Of a DNA stretch of 64,000 bases, positions 58,697-64,000 are shown in pieces; within the stretch, counting starts at the first letter, position 1; each line of letters opens with the position of its first letter. This DNA comes from Cenarchaeum sp. (lineage in GTDB: Archaea > Thermoproteota > Nitrososphaeria > Nitrososphaerales > Nitrosopumilaceae). The notes beneath the pieces are model-generated. The model did not search any database, was not told the DNA's origin, and saw nothing but the letters and a program-made list of their open reading frames with translations. A program made the translations under genes and the position numbers. The stretch is taken from assembly GCA_965242695.1 (NCBI GenBank), contig CBDESU010000002.1:1088001-1152000 (forward strand). Reading direction: 5' to 3'.

Positions 58697-60895
58697 GTGC
58701 TAGTCTCGGGCCTGGACCTCCCGGAGCCTGCCCGGGACCTGCTTGCCGCCGAGGGCTACGAGTCGCTGTACCCGCCGCAGGCGGCCGCCGTCGAGGCGGG
58801 GCTGCTCGGCGGCAAGAGCCTGCTCGTCTCGGCGCCTACGGCGAGCGGCAAGACGCTCGTCGCGTTCCTCTCGATGATGGCCCACCTGTCTGCGGGGCGC
58901 CCAGGCAAGATCGTCTACCTCAGCCCCCTCAGGGCCCTTGCGTCAGAAAAGTTTGCCGAGTTCAAGAAGCTGTCGGGCATACGCCTCGGCGGCAGGAGGG
59001 CGCAGGTCAAGGTGTCGACGGGCGAGACGGGCGGCGGCTCGCGCCTCGGCGACGGCGACGTCATCGTCCTGACGAACGAGCGCATGGACGCCCTCATGCG
59101 GCAGGGCCACGAGTGGGTCTCCAAGATAGGACTGGTCGTCGCCGACGAGGTGCACCTGATATCCGACCAGTCGCGCGGCCCGACGCTCGAGATGGTCCTG
59201 ACCAGGGCCGGCCGGCTCGCCTCTAGGCCGCAGGTCGTCGGGCTGAGCGCGACCATGTCGAATGCGCCAGAGATTGCAGAGTGGCTCGGCGCCGATCTGG
59301 TCGACAGCGGCTGGAGGCCCGTGGACCTGCGCGAGGGCGTGTTCGGGGACGGCTCGATTACAATGGGCGACGGCGGGACGCTCGACGTCACATCGTCCAT
59401 GCGCGGCCCGGCCGTCGACATCGGGCTCGACACGGTAAAGGAGGGCGGCCAGGCGCTGCTGTTCGCCGAGACGCGCGTGAGGGCCGCATCGCTTGCGACA
59501 AAGGCCGCCGATGCCGTCTCGGGCATGCTCGGCAAGGGCGATGCGGCCGCGCTGGCGGGGTCGGCAGACCGCATACTCGCATCGACCGAGAATACAAAGC
59601 TCGTAAAGAGGCTCGCCGAGCTCGTGCGCAAGGGCGTCGCGTTCCACCACGCGGGGCTCGCGCAGCCGTGCCGGACCGAGGTCGAGGAGGCGTTCCGCGC
59701 CAGGCGTATAAAGCTGCTCGCATCGACGCCGACGCTGGCGGCAGGGGTCAACCTGCCGGCGCGCCGCGTCGTCGTGGCGAGCATACTGCGGTACAACTCC
59801 GCCTCGGGGCGCAACGAGCCGATCAGCGTCATGGAGTACAAACAGCTGTGCGGCAGGGCCGGCCGGCCGCAGTACGACGACCACGGCGAGGCCGTCGTCG
59901 TCGCGCCGTCGTCGTACAATGCCGACGAGGTGCTAGACTACTACGTGCGCGGCGAGATCGAGCCGATCGAGTCGAAGATGACCGGCGAAAAGGCCATGCG
60001 CACGCATGTACTGAGCCTCGTGGTGACGACGCCGGGCATCAGGTCGTCGGACGTGTCGGAGTTCTTTGCGGGCACGCTCGGCGGCCTGCAGGCCGGCGCG
60101 GCGGACATCGAGGCCGCAGTCGACTCGGCCGCCGAGTTCTTGTCCGAGTCGGAGATGGTCGTCGAGAAGGGCGGCAGGCTGGCGGCGACCGACTTTGGCA
60201 AGAAGACGTCCCGGCTGTACCTGGATCCCGCCACGGCCGTCTCGTTCAGGAGGGTGATCGAGGAGGCGCCGAGGCCGGCCGCAGCCGAGCCTGCGGGGAC
60301 CTCGGGCCGCAGGCCCAAGGCGGCAGCGCGGCCGCCTCGCCACACGCTCGGCCTGCTCTACGAGGTGACCGACTGTACGGAGTTCTTTCCAAAGATGTCC
60401 ATGCGCAGGGAGGACGAGGATGCGGCCGCCGACCTGTTCGACGCCAGGGGGGCAGAGCTGCTTCGGCCCGCGTACTCGTACGAGTGCAACCGCGGCCTGC
60501 TCGCGCTCGACGCCTGGATATCCGAGGCGACCGATGCGGCGCTGGCCGACCGCCTAAAGGTCGAGGCCGGCGACATGCACCGCATGGCCGAGGCTGCCGA
60601 GTGGCTGCTGCGGTGCATGGGCGAGCTTGCCATGGACCTGGGCAGGGCCGACCTGGCGTCCGAGGTGGCCACGCTGCGCACGCGCGTGCGGTACGGGGTG
60701 TCCGAGGACCTGATCGACCTAGTCTCGGTGCGGGGAATAGGGCGCGTGCGGGCCCGCGCCCTGTACGGCAGCGGGGTGCGCGACAGGGCGGCACTGTCTG
60801 CAATGCCGATAGAAAAGCTCGCCGCCGTCGACAAGATCGGACGGGCCGTCGCCAAGAGCATAAAGGCGCAGCTGCTCGGCCGGCGCGGCAAGTGA
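58697..60895 (+). CDS. hel308: Ski2-like DNA helicase Hel308/Hjm, copy 1
   Basis: Motifs LYPPQ, PTASGKT, DEVH, LSAT, FHHAGL, GVNLPA, GRAGRPQYD and HhH; GTG 58697 lies behind TTTTAT. Confidence 0.93.
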   Translation: MLVSGLDLPEPARDLLAAEGYESLYPPQAAAVEAGLLGGKSLLVSAPTASGKTLVAFLSMMAHLSAGRPGKIVYLSPLRALASEKFAEFKKLSGIRLGGRRAQVKVSTGETGGGSRLGDGDVIVLTNERMDALMRQGHEWVSKIGLVVADEVHLISDQSRGPTLEMVLTRAGRLASRPQVVGLSATMSNAPEIAEWLGADLVDSGWRPVDLREGVFGDGSITMGDGGTLDVTSSMRGPAVDIGLDTVKEGGQALLFAETRVRAASLATKAADAVSGMLGKGDAAALAGSADRILASTENTKLVKRLAELVRKGVAFHHAGLAQPCRTEVEEAFRARRIKLLASTPTLAAGVNLPARRVVVASILRYNSASGRNEPISVMEYKQLCGRAGRPQYDDHGEAVVVAPSSYNADEVLDYYVRGEIEPIESKMTGEKAMRTHVLSLVVTTPGIRSSDVSEFFAGTLGGLQAGAADIEAAVDSAAEFLSESEMVVEKGGRLAATDFGKKTSRLYLDPATAVSFRRVIEEAPRPAAAEPAGTSGRRPKAAARPPRHTLGLLYEVTDCTEFFPKMSMRREDEDAAADLFDARGAELLRPAYSYECNRGLLALDAWISEATDAALADRLKVEAGDMHRMAEAAEWLLRCMGELAMDLGRADLASEVATLRTRVRYGVSEDLIDLVSVRGIGRVRARALYGSGVRDRAALSAMPIEKLAAVDKIGRAVAKSIKAQLLGRRGK

Positions 60896-60912
60896 GCCGG
60901 CCGCGAGGGTCC

Positions 60913-61159
60913 CTAGAGGTGCCACGGCAGGGCCCGCCGGGTTATGTCGTCGGGCAGCGACTTGGCGTTCCTCTCGAGGAACTCGATGTCCTGCCCCCTG
61001 TCGCGCAGCTCGTCGGGCAGCAGTATGGGTATGCTGTCTATGATGGGGTAGAACCTAGAGCACGAGCCGCAGCGCAGCGCCCCCTCGTCGACCTCGGAGC
61101 CCTCCGAGACGACGAACAGGTCGAGCGGGTAGTGCTTGTCGATGGGGCACGCGAGTATG
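60913..61159 (-). CDS. Trm112-family methyltransferase activator
   Basis: Motifs LDILACPIDK, EG.L.C..C.RFYPI...IPILLPD; ATG 61159. Confidence 0.9.
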
Positions 61160-61257
61160 TCCAGCATGGAGCGCTGCATGTTCGGCGCGCCGGCCGCCGG
61201 TGCGGTTGATAAGTGCACCCACGGCGCGTTTTTATCGCCCGTGTGCGGCGCCGGCCC

Positions 61258-63546
61258 GTGAAGGTATCCGGCCTCGAGCTGCCCGCGGCGGCCCTGCGCC
61301 TCCTTGCGGCCGGCGGCTACGAGGAGCTGTACCCGCCGCAGGCGGCCGCCGTCAAGGCGGGCCTGCTCGGCGGCAGGAGCGTCCTGGTCTCGGCGCCGAC
61401 GGCGAGCGGCAAGACGCTCGTCGCCACGCTGTCGATGATGGCGCACCTGTCGGCCAGGCGGCGCGGCAGGATCGTGTACCTCAGCCCCCTCAGGGCACTT
61501 GCGTCCGAAAAGTTCGCCGAGTTCAAAAAGATCGGTGGGGCGCCGCTGGGGCGGAAGAGGGCCCGCGTTCGGATATCGACCGGCGAGGCCGGCTCGGGCG
61601 CGCGTCTTGCCGACGCCGACATTGCGGTAATGACGAACGAGCGCATGGACGCCCTCATGCGGCAGGACCCAGAGTGGGCCTCGGGAGTCGGGCTGCTTGT
61701 AGTCGACGAGATACACCTCATCGGCGATCCCGTCCGCGGCCCCGCCTTGGAGATGGTGCTCGCCCGCATGCGCGCCGGGCCGGCAAAGCCGCAGATCGTC
61801 GGCCTGAGCGCGACCATGACAAACGCAGCCGAGGTTGCAAGGTGGCTCGGGGCAAGGCTCGTCGACAGCGACTGGAGGCCAGTCGGCCTAAGGGAGGGCG
61901 TCCACCACCGCACGTCGATTACAATGAGCGACGGCGAGACCCGCCCCCTGCGCCCGTCCAGCCTGGGCGCGGCCGTCGACATCGGCATCGAGGCGGTCGC
62001 CGGCGGCGGGCAGTCGCTGCTGTTCGCCGAGAGCAGGGCCCGCTCGGTGTCGCTTGCCGAAAAGGCCGCGCCGGCCGTCTCCAGGCTGCTCGGCAGGGGC
62101 GATGCGGCGGCGCTGGCGGGGTTCGCCGACCGCATACTCGCGTCCGGCGGGGGCACAAGGCTGGCCGGGAAGCTTGCCGGGCTGGTGCGCAAGGGCGCCG
62201 CGTTCCACCACGCGGGGCTCGCGCAGGCTGCGCGCTTCGAGGTCGAGGCGGCGTTCCGCGCCAGGCGCGTAAGGCTGCTCGCATCGACGCCGACGCTCGC
62301 CGCCGGCGTCAACCTGCCGGCGCGCCGCGTCGTCGTGTCGAGCATACTCCGGTACGACCCGTCGCTCGGCTACAAGACGCGGATCAGCGTGCTAGAGTAC
62401 AAGCAGCTGTGCGGCAGGGCCGGCCGGCCGCAGTACGACGAGTACGGCGAGGCCATCGTGGTCTCGCCAAAGTCGTACCCAAAGGACAAGGTCATGCGCC
62501 TCTACGTGCGGGGCCGGCCGCAGCCGGTCAAGTCCCAGATTATGGGCCAAAAGGCGGCCCGCGCGCATGCGCTCAGCCTCGTGGTGTCCAGGCCGGGCAT
62601 CACGGCGGCCGGCGTCACGGCGTTCTTTTCGCGCACGCTCGCCGGCCGGCAGACCGCGAAAAAGACCGTCCGCGCAGGGGTGGCCGCCGCGCTCGGCTCC
62701 CTGGTCGGCTTCGGGATGGTGTCTAGGGAGGGCGCAGGGCTGTCGCCGACGCGGCTCGGCCAGGCCGCATCGCACCTGTACCTGGATCCCGCCACGGCCG
62801 CGTCGTTTCGCGACGCGATCGAGGGGGCCGCGGAGGGCGACGCGATCGACGGCGACGACGATGGCGACGAGGAGCCTCGGCCCGCGCGCCGCGGCCGCCC
62901 GTTGTCGTCCCCGTCGTCGAGCAGGCCCTTGCCGGAGCCTCGGCCCGCGCGCCGAGCCCGCCGCAAGGCCAACGCCGGCCACACCCTGGGGCTGCTCTAC
63001 GCGATAACGACCTGCAGCGAGTTCTTTCCAAAGATGTACATGCGGTACAGCGACGACGACGCAATGTGGGGCCTGCTTCGCGCCAGAGAGGACGAGATGA
63101 TCGGCTCTTCCTCCCACTCGGACCTCAACCGCAGCCTGCTCGCGCTCGACAGCTGGATCGGCGAGGCCTCAGAGGCGGAGATTGCTAGAAGGCTAGAGGT
63201 CGAGGCCGGCGACCTGCACCGCATCGTCGAGTCCGCCGAGTGGCTGGCGCGATGCATGGGGCAGCTTGCCAGGGACCTCGGCCAGCCCGGACTGGCCCGG
63301 GAGATTGGCGCACTGCGCACGCGCATCAGGTACGGCGTGAAGGAAGAGCTGCTCGGGCTCGTGTCGGTCAGGGACGTCGGCCGCGTGCGCGCAAGGCGCC
63401 TGCACAGGGCGGGCATTGCCGACAAGGCGGGGCTCTCGTCGGCCTCTACGCGGAGGATCGCCGCCGTCGACGGGATAGGCCCCGCGCTGGCGGCCAAGAT
63501 AAAGTCGCGGGCGTCCGGCGGCAGCGGCGGCCCCCGCGGCAGGTAG
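61258..63546 (+). CDS. hel308: Ski2-like DNA helicase Hel308/Hjm, copy 2
   Basis: Same motif set (DEIH), all intact; GTG 61258 lies behind TTTTAT. Confidence 0.9.
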   Translation: MKVSGLELPAAALRLLAAGGYEELYPPQAAAVKAGLLGGRSVLVSAPTASGKTLVATLSMMAHLSARRRGRIVYLSPLRALASEKFAEFKKIGGAPLGRKRARVRISTGEAGSGARLADADIAVMTNERMDALMRQDPEWASGVGLLVVDEIHLIGDPVRGPALEMVLARMRAGPAKPQIVGLSATMTNAAEVARWLGARLVDSDWRPVGLREGVHHRTSITMSDGETRPLRPSSLGAAVDIGIEAVAGGGQSLLFAESRARSVSLAEKAAPAVSRLLGRGDAAALAGFADRILASGGGTRLAGKLAGLVRKGAAFHHAGLAQAARFEVEAAFRARRVRLLASTPTLAAGVNLPARRVVVSSILRYDPSLGYKTRISVLEYKQLCGRAGRPQYDEYGEAIVVSPKSYPKDKVMRLYVRGRPQPVKSQIMGQKAARAHALSLVVSRPGITAAGVTAFFSRTLAGRQTAKKTVRAGVAAALGSLVGFGMVSREGAGLSPTRLGQAASHLYLDPATAASFRDAIEGAAEGDAIDGDDDGDEEPRPARRGRPLSSPSSSRPLPEPRPARRARRKANAGHTLGLLYAITTCSEFFPKMYMRYSDDDAMWGLLRAREDEMIGSSSHSDLNRSLLALDSWIGEASEAEIARRLEVEAGDLHRIVESAEWLARCMGQLARDLGQPGLAREIGALRTRIRYGVKEELLGLVSVRDVGRVRARRLHRAGIADKAGLSSASTRRIAAVDGIGPALAAKIKSRASGGSGGPRGR

Positions 63547-63632
63547 CGGCCCGCCCGCCGCCGCCATGGGTGCCGCGTTGTCCTTCGGCAAGGGCGCCCC
63601 CTCGGGCCTGGGCGCAACGTACGGCCGGAAAC

Positions 63633-64000
63633 ATGGGATGCGGATGCGGCTCGATGCCGGCGGCGCTGCCGGCGCGATGCCCTGCGGGGGCGGCTCTTCC
63701 TGAGGCCCGCGCAGCGCCTGCGGCGGCGCGCCGACTACACCCAGCGGTCCAACGCCGCGGCGGGACGCCACGGCTGGCTGCGCCTGACGCCGTCGTACTC
63801 GCTCAAGATCGTCGACGAGATACTTTCCGGCTACCCGGCCGACAGGCGCGTGCTCGACCCGTTCTGCGGCTCGGGAACTACCGCCCTGGCCGCGGTGCAG
63901 CGCGGCCACGACGCGACGACCATCGACATCAACCCGCTTCTGGCGTGGCTGGCGCGCGCCAAGACGGCGCGCTACGCCGCAGGCGTGCTAGGCGAGGCGG
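63633..64000 (+). CDS. DNA methyltransferase (N4/N6 type), partial, with an apparent 5' frameshift
   Basis: The frame from about 63730 reads ADYTQRSN...RHGWLRLTPSYS...VLDPFCGSGTT...IDINP. It has no in-frame ATG/GTG/TTG upstream of these motifs; ATG 63633 is in another frame. Confidence 0.75.
   Translation, partial: MGCGCGSMPAALPARCPAGAALPEARAAPAAARRLHPAVQRRGGTPRLAAPDAVVLAQDRRRDTFRLPGRQARARPVLRLGNYRPGRGAARPRRDDHRHQPASGVAGARQDGALRRRRARRG

Overview
Very GC-rich archaeal DNA. Leaderless genes sit about 28 nt behind TATA boxes. The gene set includes gins-mcm, rfcS, Hel308, Trm112, F420 enzymes, 7Fe-type ferredoxins and a subunit-III-less cox operon with a cupredoxin and a short heme A synthase. 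This points to an ammonia-oxidising Thaumarchaeon (Nitrosopumilaceae). The GC content and a giant surface protein suggest a Cenarchaeum-like, probably host-associated lineage (inference). Core genes are interrupted by accessory DNA: an intact IS66-type element with an 8-bp TSD; a 1787-aa surface protein behind a G12 tract; three SWIM-family paralogs with a divergent uS10-like gene; and an AT-rich Type ISP restriction-modification gene frameshifted at a G13 tract, followed by an IS5-type element. The most notable item is a cassette encoding a small protein and a catalytically dead MCM paralog, bracketed by two copies of an unannotated structured RNA, each with its own identically spaced promoter. 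Three tRNAs (Val-TAC, Arg-TCG, Ser-TGA), several tandem repeats, a duplicated Hel308 and several pseudogenes are also present. All calls come from reading motifs by eye; no searches were run.
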